Positions 53,037-62,871 of a DNA stretch of 64,000 bases are shown here, one piece after another (the stretch's first letter is position 1; each line of letters opens with the position of its first letter). The translations under genes and the position numbers were made by a program. Source of the stretch: Bacilli bacterium (GTDB lineage Bacteria; Bacillota_I; Bacilli_A; RFN20; UBA1709); contig JBMNFL010000001.1 of assembly GCA_050949315.1 (NCBI GenBank), positions 736,001-800,000 of the forward strand, given 5' to 3'. The notes beneath the pieces are model-generated. The model was given only the letters and a program-made list of their open reading frames with translations. It was not told the origin of the DNA and made no database searches.

Positions 53037-54389
53037 GGCGGCTTTTTTCTTAAAGCGCTTAAGAGTGATGTGTCGTTGATATGGGTAGGCGACAATGGCA
53101 ACTAAAGATTCAGCGATTAAATAACAGAAAAAGACACCATCAAAGCCGTAGAAGTGGGCTAAAATGAAAGCAAATGGAACATTTAAAAGCATTTGTCGCG
53201 ACAAGGTAATAAGCAAAGAAGAAAAGGCGTTACCAAGTGATTGTAAGGTGACTGAAGAAATAATACAAAAGGCCGAAGAGACAAAAGAGAGGGCTAAAAC
53301 CCTTAAGGCATAGGTACCTATATTTGCAATGTCACCATGTAAGTTAAATAAACTCAACAAAGGCTTGGTAAATCCAAAGAAAAGCAAACTTCCAACACTT
53401 AAGATACAAACAGCTCCTAAAAGCGCTAAATTACGTGCTCTTAAAAAGCGGGCTTTGGCGTTGGCACCATAGTTATAACTTAAAATAGGCATTAAACCTT
53501 GAGTCATACCAAAGACCGGCATAAAGACAAAGGAACGGATCTTAAAATAAATACCATGGATGGTAATGGCATAAGGGAACGGCTTTAAAACAAAATTAAT
53601 TGTTGAGGTAGCAAAAGAGTTGATGGAACTCATAACAAAAGAAGGAAAGCCAATTTTAAAAATTTCTTTAATATATTGCCATTGTGGTTGAAGAAAACGA
53701 AAAGCAAGAGAAACATCCCTTTTTTTAGAAAAGAAGACGATGATAACAAAAGTCATTGAGGAAACTTGAGCGATGATGGTGGCGATTGCCGCTCCCGATA
53801 TGCCCATTTCAGGAACAAACCAAAAGCCAAAAATAAAAATAGGGTCTAAAACAATATTAATAATGGCGCCCATTATTTGAGAAATCATCGGTATATGCAT
53901 ATTTCCCATAGCCTGTAAAATTCGGCAGAGACAAACATCAACAAAAACACCAAAACTAAAACAAAGAATAATAGTTAGGTAGTCTACACCGGCGTTGATT
54001 ACCTCAATATCATTAGTAAACCAGCCTAAAAAAGTACGCGGGAAAACAAGGCCTAAAACCAACACAAAAAGGAAGCCACAAATTGTTAAGAACAAGCCGT
54101 TTCCTGCTAAAAAATTTGCCTCTTCCCGATTGCGCTCGCCAAGCTTACGGGCCACCATAGCATTAGTCCCGACACCAATAGCAATGGACATAGCGATAAC
54201 GATTGTTTGCAAAGGGAAAACAATTGATAGAGCATTTAAACCGGCTAGACTATAATGAGAAATATAAATAGAGTCAACGATGTTGTAAAGAGCTTTAACA
54301 AGCATGGATAGCATTGCCGGTAAAGACATGGTTAAAATAAGTTTACCAATAGGCATATCACGCATTTTATCAGAGGACAAACTTGACAC
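53013..54389 (-). CDS. MATE family efflux transporter
   Basis: LYNIVDSIY, NIVLDPIFIFG, GISGAAIAT, SYNYGA. Confidence 0.93.
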   Translation of the reverse strand: MSSLSSDKMRDMPIGKLILTMSLPAMLSMLVKALYNIVDSIYISHYSLAGLNALSIVFPLQTIVIAMSIAIGVGTNAMVARKLGERNREEANFLAGNGLFLTICGFLFVLVLGLVFPRTFLGWFTNDIEVINAGVDYLTIILCFSFGVFVDVCLCRILQAMGNMHIPMISQIMGAIINIVLDPIFIFGFWFVPEMGISGAAIATIIAQVSSMTFVIIVFFSKKRDVSLAFRFLQPQWQYIKEIFKIGFPSFVMSSINSFATSTINFVLKPFPYAITIHGIYFKIRSFVFMPVFGMTQGLMPILSYNYGANAKARFLRARNLALLGAVCILSVGSLLFFGFTKPLLSLFNLHGDIANIGTYALRVLALSFVSSAFCIISSVTLQSLGNAFSSLLITLSRQMLLNVPFAFILAHFYGFDGVFFCYLIAESLVAIVAYPYQRHITLKRFKKKAALETEATG

Positions 54390-54490
54390 TGTTACCGCTC
54401 CTTTCGTTTCCCAAAATTATAACCGATTCAATATAAAATCTCCACAAGAGATTTTTGATGTGTTAGAATAAAAAACGAAAAGGGGATTAT

Positions 54491-55645
54491 ATGCGAATTA
54501 GACACGTTTCCTTGTTGCTCTTAGTTGGTCTTTTAGTTGCTTGTCAAACACCAACTAAATGTGAAGACTATGTTCCAGGAGTAAGGACTAAAAAAGGCGA
54601 GGTTGTGCAGACATTAAACACAACGGTTTTTTTAAGGACCTATGAAGCGGAATATTTTAAAACTTTTTTCCCAGAATTTAAAAACATTGTTCAACAGATC
54701 CATCGTGAGACCGATCGTTATAATGACTATAATGAAATGGCCTTTACCTATGAACTCAATCAAAATTATGGGAGTGAGAATCTGCTAACAATCAATGAAG
54801 AAATGTTCGACATTTTAGGTACATCTTTAAAAATGTGTGAACTCAGTGAAGGCTATTTTAATCCAGCAATAGGCGGGTTGGTTGATCTATGGTCCCCACT
54901 TTTTAATCAAAAGACAAATATAGATCCAAGCAGTGCGGTTCTTACGGCAACTTTGGCACAAATTCCAAGTTATCAAGAACTTAATGAAAATCTTGAACGA
55001 ATTGTACCAACCATACACGATGACAAACCTAATCAATACGGGGTAATTTTTGGTAAAATTCCTGGGAAGGAAAATGTTCTGCTAGATTTTGGTGGAATTG
55101 CTAAGGGTTATGCGCTAGAAAAGGTTTTCGAAGCCGCGGAAAACGAAGATAAACCTTTCATGACTTATGCGGGAGGGAGCAGCATTATTATGAAGGGTGA
55201 AAAGCCCTATGCTAATGGTAATTGGATTATCGAAATTGAAGACCCTAAAAACCCCAATGATTATTTAGCTAAGCTCTATCTAAAAGGAACACACGCTATC
55301 TCAACATCAGGGGATTATCAAAAATATTTTTTCAATGAGAACAATACAAGACGACATCATATATTAAATCCATTAACTGGTTATCCAGAGAACTATTATC
55401 GTAGTATCACCCTATATTCAAATAAAAGGGCGGATGTTTTAGATGCTTTATCTACAGCTTTATTTAATTGTCCAGACGATGAAGAATTATTGCGAATTAC
55501 GGCGAAGGTTGAAGAATATTTTTCAATGGATATTGAGATAATTTATAGCAAAGAAGAAGACGGCGTATTGTATCTTGGCGCCACTAAAAAGGCTTCTGAA
55601 CAAATGCAAGAATGCGCGCTTGAGGTTCGAATAATCGATGATTAG
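54491..55645 (+). CDS. apbE: FAD:protein FMN transferase ApbE (lipoprotein)
   Basis: Lipobox LVAC, FNPAIG.LVDLW, DFGGIAKGY, STSGDYQKY, HHILNP.TGYP, DALSTA. Confidence 0.93.
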   Translation: MRIRHVSLLLLVGLLVACQTPTKCEDYVPGVRTKKGEVVQTLNTTVFLRTYEAEYFKTFFPEFKNIVQQIHRETDRYNDYNEMAFTYELNQNYGSENLLTINEEMFDILGTSLKMCELSEGYFNPAIGGLVDLWSPLFNQKTNIDPSSAVLTATLAQIPSYQELNENLERIVPTIHDDKPNQYGVIFGKIPGKENVLLDFGGIAKGYALEKVFEAAENEDKPFMTYAGGSSIIMKGEKPYANGNWIIEIEDPKNPNDYLAKLYLKGTHAISTSGDYQKYFFNENNTRRHHILNPLTGYPENYYRSITLYSNKRADVLDALSTALFNCPDDEELLRITAKVEEYFSMDIEIIYSKEEDGVLYLGATKKASEQMQECALEVRIIDD

Positions 55646-56045
55646 TTTAACAAGAAAAAAAGGCGACCTTCTAGCTGTTGCCCTAGCCATTATCCTTGTT
55701 TTAGCAATGTTAATTGCTCTTTTTGCTTATGCCGGCTCAGGTGACAATGTGGTTACCATTAAATATGATGGTCTAGTAGTGCATAAAATGAATTTAGCCC
55801 GTGACGAAGTCTACACGATGAAAAAAGAAGACTATCCTTTGTTACAGGGAGATTTAACGGTTGTTATTGAAAATGGCAAAGTTCGGGTTGATGAACAGAC
55901 ATCACGTTATAACTACTGTGAATTAATAGGAGAGACATCTAATAAAGGCACGGCTATTGTCTGTGCTCCCAATCATGTGATTATCAGCATTGAGGGTTTT
56001 GATGAAAATGCCACCGATTGGCCACCAAGGGGGCAAAAAAAATGA
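55638..56045 (+). CDS. Membrane-anchored stand-alone NusG domain II protein
   Basis: N-terminal TM, IENGKVRV..., IVCAPNHVII. Confidence 0.8.
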   Translation: MISLTRKKGDLLAVALAIILVLAMLIALFAYAGSGDNVVTIKYDGLVVHKMNLARDEVYTMKKEDYPLLQGDLTVVIENGKVRVDEQTSRYNYCELIGETSNKGTAIVCAPNHVIISIEGFDENATDWPPRGQKK

Positions 56046-56548
56046 AAACTAGAGTACTGGTACATTTAGCCCTGTTTTTGGCACTAGCGGTAGTGGTTAA
56101 TTATTTAGAATCTTTTATCCCCTTGCCCTTTGTTGGTGTCAAGCTTGGTTTAGCTAATGCTCTTGGCATTTTAGTTCTTTATTACTATGGTGCTAAATAT
56201 TATGCGGGTTTTGGTGTTTTAAGAGTGCTTTTATCAGCCGTGCTCTGGACAGGTTTTGGTTCAGCTTTTTTAATAAGTTTGGCCGGAATGATTCTTAGTA
56301 GCTGTTTTAGTTTAATAGTTAAAAGCAGTAAATGTTGTTCTATTTATGGTATTTCTATTATTGGAGCCATCTTCCATGGTATAGGTCAAGTTATCATGGT
56401 GGCGATTCTTTATTCAACTATCTATTTATTTAGCTATGTTTTAGTTTTAACAATTTCGGGTTTAGTGACGGGCTTTATAATCGCCGGTCTTTGTGTTTTG
56501 TTAATAAAAAGATTGCCGATCAAGACAATCTCCTATAAAGAAAATTAA
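56042..56548 (+). CDS. Gx transporter family protein (HepS component I-like annotation)
   Basis: LESFIPLPFVGVKLGLAN, SLAG, SIIGAIFHGIGQ. Confidence 0.85.
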   Translation: MKTRVLVHLALFLALAVVVNYLESFIPLPFVGVKLGLANALGILVLYYYGAKYYAGFGVLRVLLSAVLWTGFGSAFLISLAGMILSSCFSLIVKSSKCCSIYGISIIGAIFHGIGQVIMVAILYSTIYLFSYVLVLTISGLVTGFIIAGLCVLLIKRLPIKTISYKEN

Positions 56549-58024
56549 TTATTGCTCTTTACCTAAACATTCATAAGGAAGGCCACTTATATCTTCCATT
56601 ACCTTTTGGGCTTTTAGATCAGCGTTTCTTTCGTTGATCTCTTTTTTCATTAAGGGATAACTTTGATTAGTTAAGGGAAGTTTTAGAGAAACTAATAAGG
56701 CGGCGATTAAAAGGATAAAGGGAGCGAAACTTGAAAAGGCTTTAATCCCGGTTTTAACAGAATCAGTAAGAGAATTATAGACACAGGCGTGATCACATTC
56801 GCTTGATGATAATTGACCAACATTATAATCGAGCATTTCTAAGTAAAGCCCAACAATCTGCATGGCAACAGCTTGAGATAACTGGCGGATGAAGGTCATA
56901 AAGCCGGAATAAATACCGTCTTTTTTCTTCCCAGAAATCAATTCTTCAACATCCATAACTTCAGGAAGAATTGCCCAAGGTAGATAGGCCACACCGCCTG
57001 CCCCGAAAGCCATGATTAAAGCGGTCGCATAGATAACAATAGAACTTGCTGAGGGTGAGGCTAAAAAGAACATTAAAAGCGCGCCTCCAGCCCAAATGCC
57101 ACAGCCTAGGGAAAAGGCTTGTTTTTTACCAGTTCGATTTGCTAAGAAAACATAAAAAGGGATGGAAAGGATTTGACAGACCATAAAAATTCCTAGCAGG
57201 ATAACATATTGACCAGGCATATTTAAATACCATTTAGCATAGTAGATAAAAATAGCCATAAAAATATCCATGGCGGTGTAGGCTAAAAGGTATAAAGAGA
57301 TCATGATTCTAAAAGATCTATTACGCAAAACCGTTTTGGCATCTTTGATAAAGTTTGCGATGATGTTCTGTTTAACCGCTTTTTCTTCCTGATCATTTGG
57401 TAAATCAATACCTTTAGTAGCAATTAAAACAAAAATCCAAGGGAGCATATAAAATACACCAAAACAAAGACCCATAACTAAATAACCAGTACCCGACTTA
57501 TTAAATAAACCAATAAGAATTGTTGGGACGGTTCCGGCGATTAAAGTAGAGACGTTGGAAAAAATCGCTCGGATTCCGACAATTTTGTTGCGTCTTTTAT
57601 GGTCATCGGTCAGTTCTGGCAACATCGCGTGATAGGGAACCATTGTTAGTGAAAAAGAAGTGGCGAAAGCCATATAAGCCAAAGTATAGTAAATAATTCT
57701 AAACCAAAGAGGTAAACTTGCTAAAGGCAACCAAAGTAAAGTAAAAGCGGCTGTTATATGGAATAAAGCCGCCACGAAAAAGATTCGTCTTTTACCATGT
57801 TTTGAGCGTATTCTCTCACTTAATGATCCAATAAAGGGATCAATAACAGCATCCCAAATTTTACCGATAAGCAGCATGCTTCCGACAATACCAGCACTAA
57901 TAGCGATGTTGTCGGTTAAAAAGTTCATGAACAAAAGACCGACCAAAGTAAAAGCGCCACCGCCGAAAATGTCACCAGCACAATAACCAAATATTCGTTT
58001 TTTTGTTAAAAAAGTCTTTTCCAT
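56549..58024 (-). CDS. MFS glycoside-pentoside-hexuronide:cation symporter
   Basis: WDAVIDPFIG, HGKRR, VPYHAMLPELT, PWAILPEVMD, GIYSG. Confidence 0.88.
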   Translation of the reverse strand: MEKTFLTKKRIFGYCAGDIFGGGAFTLVGLLFMNFLTDNIAISAGIVGSMLLIGKIWDAVIDPFIGSLSERIRSKHGKRRIFFVAALFHITAAFTLLWLPLASLPLWFRIIYYTLAYMAFATSFSLTMVPYHAMLPELTDDHKRRNKIVGIRAIFSNVSTLIAGTVPTILIGLFNKSGTGYLVMGLCFGVFYMLPWIFVLIATKGIDLPNDQEEKAVKQNIIANFIKDAKTVLRNRSFRIMISLYLLAYTAMDIFMAIFIYYAKWYLNMPGQYVILLGIFMVCQILSIPFYVFLANRTGKKQAFSLGCGIWAGGALLMFFLASPSASSIVIYATALIMAFGAGGVAYLPWAILPEVMDVEELISGKKKDGIYSGFMTFIRQLSQAVAMQIVGLYLEMLDYNVGQLSSSECDHACVYNSLTDSVKTGIKAFSSFAPFILLIAALLVSLKLPLTNQSYPLMKKEINERNADLKAQKVMEDISGLPYECLGKEQ

Positions 58025-58152
58025 TTCATTTCCTATCGTCTTTTAAAATATTTAGTCTTTACAATTAAAATTATAGACAAGCTTTTATTGTTTCTCAAAC
58101 AATTTGTGCTAAAATGGGAATAAGTGTTTTTATAAAAGGGGTGAAAATAGTC

Positions 58153-58740
58153 ATGAGTGAAACAATTAAGGAATATTTAGCAAAACTTTCAAGCGCGGAA
58201 CCAACACCAGGTGGAGGCTCAGCTGCTGCCTATTTATCGGGGATAGGTATTGCTTTAGCTTTAATGAGTGGCAACGTCTCCATTAAGCGCAAAAGTTTCC
58301 AGCAAAGAAGTGAAGAAGAAAAAGCTAAGGTTCATTCTATTATGGGGTGGCTAAGTAAATTACAAACAGAGGCTCTTCGCTATGAAAAACAAGATCAAGA
58401 GGCTTTTGAACACTATATGAGTGTTTATAAAAGCGAAGATCAAAAGTTAAAAGAAGAAGCCGCTTTTATTTGTTACAATGTGCCTTATTTATTATTAGAG
58501 TTGAACATCAGGGCTATTAATTTAATTATCGCCCTTAAACCTTATGTTGTTAAAACGGTTATCAGCGATTATAAAATGGCCTTAGAAATTTTAAAGGCCA
58601 ATTTACGTTGTTGCCTAATAAATATGGATATTAATATTGATAATATCAACGATCCAGAAATAAAGAAAGATTGTGAAGACGCACATAAACTAGTCATTAA
58701 AATGACAAGACGCGCCACAAGAGCAATGGAGGGGATTTAA
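58153..58740 (+). CDS. fchA: Methenyltetrahydrofolate cyclohydrolase (FTCD-C/FchA family)
   Basis: LSSAEPTPGGGSAAA, D..AF..YM, SD, INMDIN; upstream of fhs-folD. Confidence 0.82.
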   Translation: MSETIKEYLAKLSSAEPTPGGGSAAAYLSGIGIALALMSGNVSIKRKSFQQRSEEEKAKVHSIMGWLSKLQTEALRYEKQDQEAFEHYMSVYKSEDQKLKEEAAFICYNVPYLLLELNIRAINLIIALKPYVVKTVISDYKMALEILKANLRCCLINMDINIDNINDPEIKKDCEDAHKLVIKMTRRATRAMEGI

Positions 58741-60405
58741 ATGAAAACAGATATTGAGATTGCCCAAGAACACAAAAAACTTGAAATTACAGAAGTCGCA
58801 AAAAGTGTAGGAATTCCAGATAGATTTTTGGAACAACATGGCCACTATAAAGCTAAAATTGATTTAGCTTTTATGGAAGAGTTAAATAAGAAGGAAGATG
58901 GCGATTTGGTTCTAGTAACCGCCATTACCCCAACGAAAGCAGGAGAAGGCAAAACCACCACTACTATTGGTTTAGGTGATGCCTTAAAAATACTTGGGGC
59001 AGAGCCGATGATTTGTTTACGTGAACCATCCATGGGGCCGGTTTTTGGTATTAAGGGTGGAGCGGCCGGCGGTGGTTATGCTCAGGTTTTACCAATGGAT
59101 GACATCAATTTACATTTCACGGGTGATATGCATGCCATTACCAGTGCCAACAATTTAATTTCAGCCTGTATTGATAATCATATTCATCAGGGGAATGAAT
59201 TAAAGATAGATCCTGAAAAAATTGTTTGGAAACGCTGTTTAGATATGAATGATCGCGCTTTAAGAGAGGTTCAGGTTGGTCTAGGAAAAAATAATGGTGT
59301 CCCTCGTCCCGATGGCTTTGTTATTACGGTAGCTACGGAGATTATGGCTATTATGTGTTTAGCTAAAGACCTTGAAGATTTTAAAGTAAAAGTAGGAAAT
59401 TGTATTGTCGCTTATACCTATGATGATAAACCAATAACTGTTCGCGATTTGGGCATTGTTGGTTCAGTAGCAATTTTAATGAAAGACGCTCTTAAACCAA
59501 ATCTAGTTCAAACACTTGGTGGAACGCCTGTTTTAGTTCACGGCGGTCCTTTTGCCAATATTGCCCATGGTTGCAACTCGATAATTGCCACCAAGATGGG
59601 ACTTAAATTAGGCAAAATTGTTGTTACTGAAGCCGGTTTTGGTGCCGACTTAGGGGCGGAAAAGTTTTTAGATATTAAGTGTCGTTTAGGTGAATTAAAA
59701 CCCAAATGCATCGTGGTAGTTGCCACCATCAGAGCCTTAAAGATGCATGGAGGCATGAATAAGAATCAATTAGATCAAGAAAATGTTGAAGCCTTATTAG
59801 CGGGTTATCCAAATCTTGAGAAGCATATTGAAAACGTTCAACAATATGGAGTTCCTTATGTTGTAGCCATTAATAAATTCCCAAGCGATACCAAAGCTGA
59901 AGTTAAGGCGCTCTTTGATCGTTGTGCAGCAGATGGCCATTTGGTTTATGAATCGGATGTGTATACACGTGGTGGCGATGGGGCGCTTGAGCTAGCAAAA
60001 GCTGTACAAAAACTCGTCAAGCAAAAGTCTGAATTAAAATATTGTTATGATTTAAAAGAACCAATTAAAACCAAGATTGAAAAGATCTGTACCAAAATTT
60101 ATGGTGCTAAAGATGTGGTTTATTTTAAAGAGGCTGAAGAAATGCTTACTAAGATTGAAAAACTCGGTTATGTCCAAGGTTTTGTCTGTATGGCTAAGAC
60201 GCCAAATTCATTATCAGATGATGCTAAGGTTGTTGGTCGTCCCCGTGACTTTACAATTACTGTACGCGAAGTTCGTTTATCAGCAGGCGCCAACTTTATT
60301 GTTGCCTTAACGGGAGCGATAATGACCATGCCTGGCCTACCAAAAGTTCCGGCAGCCAATAAAATAAATATAAGTAAAGATGGAAAAGTAGAGGGGTTGT
60401 TTTAA
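58741..60405 (+). CDS. fhs: Formate--tetrahydrofolate ligase
   Basis: [54 protein letters not shown]. Confidence 0.98.
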   Translation: MKTDIEIAQEHKKLEITEVAKSVGIPDRFLEQHGHYKAKIDLAFMEELNKKEDGDLVLVTAITPTKAGEGKTTTTIGLGDALKILGAEPMICLREPSMGPVFGIKGGAAGGGYAQVLPMDDINLHFTGDMHAITSANNLISACIDNHIHQGNELKIDPEKIVWKRCLDMNDRALREVQVGLGKNNGVPRPDGFVITVATEIMAIMCLAKDLEDFKVKVGNCIVAYTYDDKPITVRDLGIVGSVAILMKDALKPNLVQTLGGTPVLVHGGPFANIAHGCNSIIATKMGLKLGKIVVTEAGFGADLGAEKFLDIKCRLGELKPKCIVVVATIRALKMHGGMNKNQLDQENVEALLAGYPNLEKHIENVQQYGVPYVVAINKFPSDTKAEVKALFDRCAADGHLVYESDVYTRGGDGALELAKAVQKLVKQKSELKYCYDLKEPIKTKIEKICTKIYGAKDVVYFKEAEEMLTKIEKLGYVQGFVCMAKTPNSLSDDAKVVGRPRDFTITVREVRLSAGANFIVALTGAIMTMPGLPKVPAANKINISKDGKVEGLF

Positions 60406-61235
60406 TGATTTTAGATGGTAAAGTAGCGGCTCAAAGCTATAAAGAAGAACTAAAAAAAGAAATTGCTAAATTAAAGGAAAAAAACGTGTTTCCTAAAATG
60501 GCAATCATCCAGATTTTAGGTGATGAAGCAAGTGAGGCCTATTTACGCAGCCGTCAAAAATTAGCGGATGAACTAGGCGTAGAAATAGAGCGCGTTAAAC
60601 TAGCAGAAGATGTTTCTCAAGAGGCTTTGATTGCTAAAATAGAAGAACTAAACAAGGATGATAAAATTCAAGGAATTATGTTAGATCGTCCCTTGCCTAA
60701 ACATTTAGTTGAAAACGAGGTTTTTATTAGTTTGGCAATTGAAAAAGATATAGATGGTTGTAGTCCTATGTCTGCTCTAAAGTTAAATGCTGGAGAAAAG
60801 GTTTTAGTTTCTTCAACGGCCCAAGCGGTTGTGGATTTATTAGATTATTATGATATCAAAATTCCGGAACGGAAAATTACCGTTATTGGACGTAGTAAAA
60901 GTGTTGGGGCGCCTTTAGCCTGTCTGTTGCGCCAAAGGAAGGCGCTAGTTACTGTTTGTCATACGCAAACCGAAGACTTAAAAGGTGATTGTCGTTCAGG
61001 GGAGATTTTAATTGTCGCGATGGGGAAAATGGAATATATCAATACCGAATATGTAACACCTTCCATGACTGTTGTTGATGTTGGTATGCATCGTAATGCT
61101 GAAGGCAAGTTACGTGGCGATGTTTCGCGTGATGTTTGGGCAGTTGTTGAGAATTATTCACCAGTACCAGGAGGCGTTGGTCCTCTCACAACAGTTGCCT
61201 TATTTAGGAATTTAATAAAAGCGATAAGAGGGTAA
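60405..61235 (+). CDS. folD: Methylenetetrahydrofolate dehydrogenase FolD (probably monofunctional)
   Basis: ILDGK, KDIDG, GRSKSVGAP, DVG, GDV, SPVPGGVGPLT. Confidence 0.93.
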   Translation: MILDGKVAAQSYKEELKKEIAKLKEKNVFPKMAIIQILGDEASEAYLRSRQKLADELGVEIERVKLAEDVSQEALIAKIEELNKDDKIQGIMLDRPLPKHLVENEVFISLAIEKDIDGCSPMSALKLNAGEKVLVSSTAQAVVDLLDYYDIKIPERKITVIGRSKSVGAPLACLLRQRKALVTVCHTQTEDLKGDCRSGEILIVAMGKMEYINTEYVTPSMTVVDVGMHRNAEGKLRGDVSRDVWAVVENYSPVPGGVGPLTTVALFRNLIKAIRG

Positions 61236-61236
61236 T

Positions 61237-61428
61237 ATGGAAAAAGTTCTTTATGATGTCGAAGATATTGTAGAATTAAAAAAAGCGCACCCCTGTACTA
61301 GTCGTAGTAAGCAGTGGCGCGTTTTAAAGGTTGGAGTTGACATCAAAATCAAGTGTTTAGGTTGTGGGGCTATTGTGGTTCTCCCACGTTTTGAGTTTGA
61401 AAAGAAGATAGTCAAAACTATTAAGTAA
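61237..61428 (+). CDS. DUF951 family protein
   Basis: DIVELKKAHPC...W.V.KVGVDIKIKCLGCG. Confidence 0.88.
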   Translation: MEKVLYDVEDIVELKKAHPCTSRSKQWRVLKVGVDIKIKCLGCGAIVVLPRFEFEKKIVKTIK

Positions 61429-61477
61429 GAAAACGAAATAATCTAATCATTCTGACCTTAATTATTGTTATTAAATC

Positions 61478-62578
61478 TTAAATTCCAAAAAGATCTCCTA
61501 CGTTTTCAACAGTGGCGGATATATAGAAATATCTAGTTAAGCTATACTCGGCAGAAGTAAATTCAAGAACTCTTCTGTGATTATATTCTTCAATTGCAGT
61601 ATCCATAGACATGGGGAGCGAACTGGAAGCCAAAAATTTCACACTATTATCACCACAATTTGTGCAAGCAGTGTATGTAGGTTTTGTTATTCTAAAGTCG
61701 TTATTTTGATAATTTTGAGTTTTTACTTTATTAACGGTTGTATCGGTTAATAAATTCTTTTTGTTATATAAATATTTGGTATAAAGATATTCGTTGTAAT
61801 ATTCTTTAATCTCATATTCAAAACCTTTATCATAGTCAATTCTACACAAGCCGCCGTCAATCCAACCAAGTGTCATGACGTTTTTTGATCGCCAGTTTTC
61901 AGGAGGCATATTTATCCAGTGTGCTGTCTTAACTAATTTTACCCATTTACTCTGAATTTCTTCTTCTGGTTCTTCGTAGGACCATTCAGTTGTAACTCTT
62001 ACGTAACAGAGTTCTCTAGGAGAATTAATAAGTCTTTGACCATCAATAGTAAAATAACGGTAACTATTACCATTAGAGTTATGGGCGGCGATTACATAAT
62101 CTCCTGGCTCATTAAAGATTTTCTCACCAGTGAATTTCTCAAAATTGTTATTGTTTTTAGAATAAGCAATAAAATCGTTTTCGTCTTCTAATAAATCATG
62201 GGTTACTTTTACGTTTCCTCTAGCGCATCCATTGTTAACAACACCGTCTAAATTAATTAAAGGTAGATTATCTGCGTTTTTATAGGGTTCTTTTTGGGAA
62301 TAATCAAAAATTTTATTGGCACTTTTAATTTTGGCTTTAACAAGGTTTTTATATCGGTCTTGGCGAGCACCGGCTTTTAATTCAAAATTAAAGTCATCAA
62401 GTTTGGTTATTTCGTAGGATTGATTAGTAAAATTAATTTCATAACCAGAATTTTTCATTTCAGAATCAATTAGTAGTGGTTGTGGAAGTTTTGATTTTCC
62501 AAAATTCTCGGATGGAATAAAGGATCCAGCGAGCAATCCTGATAAAACGACAGCCAAAACAACAACACCTTTTTTCAT
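61478..62578 (-). CDS. Hypothetical secreted protein with a probable Ig-like segment
   Basis: Signal-peptide-like MKKGVVVLAVVLSGLLAG; segment PLINLDGVVNNG...EPGDYVIAAHNSNGNSYRYFTID resembles bacterial Ig-like repeats; AAGGGGTG SD. Confidence 0.7.
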   Translation of the reverse strand: MKKGVVVLAVVLSGLLAGSFIPSENFGKSKLPQPLLIDSEMKNSGYEINFTNQSYEITKLDDFNFELKAGARQDRYKNLVKAKIKSANKIFDYSQKEPYKNADNLPLINLDGVVNNGCARGNVKVTHDLLEDENDFIAYSKNNNNFEKFTGEKIFNEPGDYVIAAHNSNGNSYRYFTIDGQRLINSPRELCYVRVTTEWSYEEPEEEIQSKWVKLVKTAHWINMPPENWRSKNVMTLGWIDGGLCRIDYDKGFEYEIKEYYNEYLYTKYLYNKKNLLTDTTVNKVKTQNYQNNDFRITKPTYTACTNCGDNSVKFLASSSLPMSMDTAIEEYNHRRVLEFTSAEYSLTRYFYISATVENVGDLFGI

Positions 62579-62788
62579 ATCACCCCTTCTTTCCTTTTTT
62601 GGTTAGAAGAACCTGTGCCCCCATTCTAGCACCATCTACTAGGGAATGCAAATGTCTAACCTGGGGCTTTTATAAGCCAATAAAAATCTTCTTTGATAAA
62701 AAAAACTTAATAAATATGTTGAATATCAAAGTTAACACATCATTGTAACAATTTGTTGCTGAACAAGGTCCTTTTCTTGGGGTTTTTA

Positions 62789-62817
62789 TTGCTTTTATTT
62801 TTAAAAATATCTATAAT
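62789..62817 (+). promoter_or_regulatory. hppA promoter
   Basis: TTGCTT-17 bp-TATAAT. Confidence 0.65.
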
Positions 62818-62871
62818 GTTTAAGAGTATTTAAACCTAGTGGTTTTACTAGAAGTAAAAGGAGGGGTTAAT

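Noticed and set aside
59013-59028. Second parS-like sequence TTGTTTACGTGAACCA in fhs (also TGTTTCGCGTGATGTT at 61121)
   Set aside because: Several mismatches, broken symmetry and inside coding sequence.
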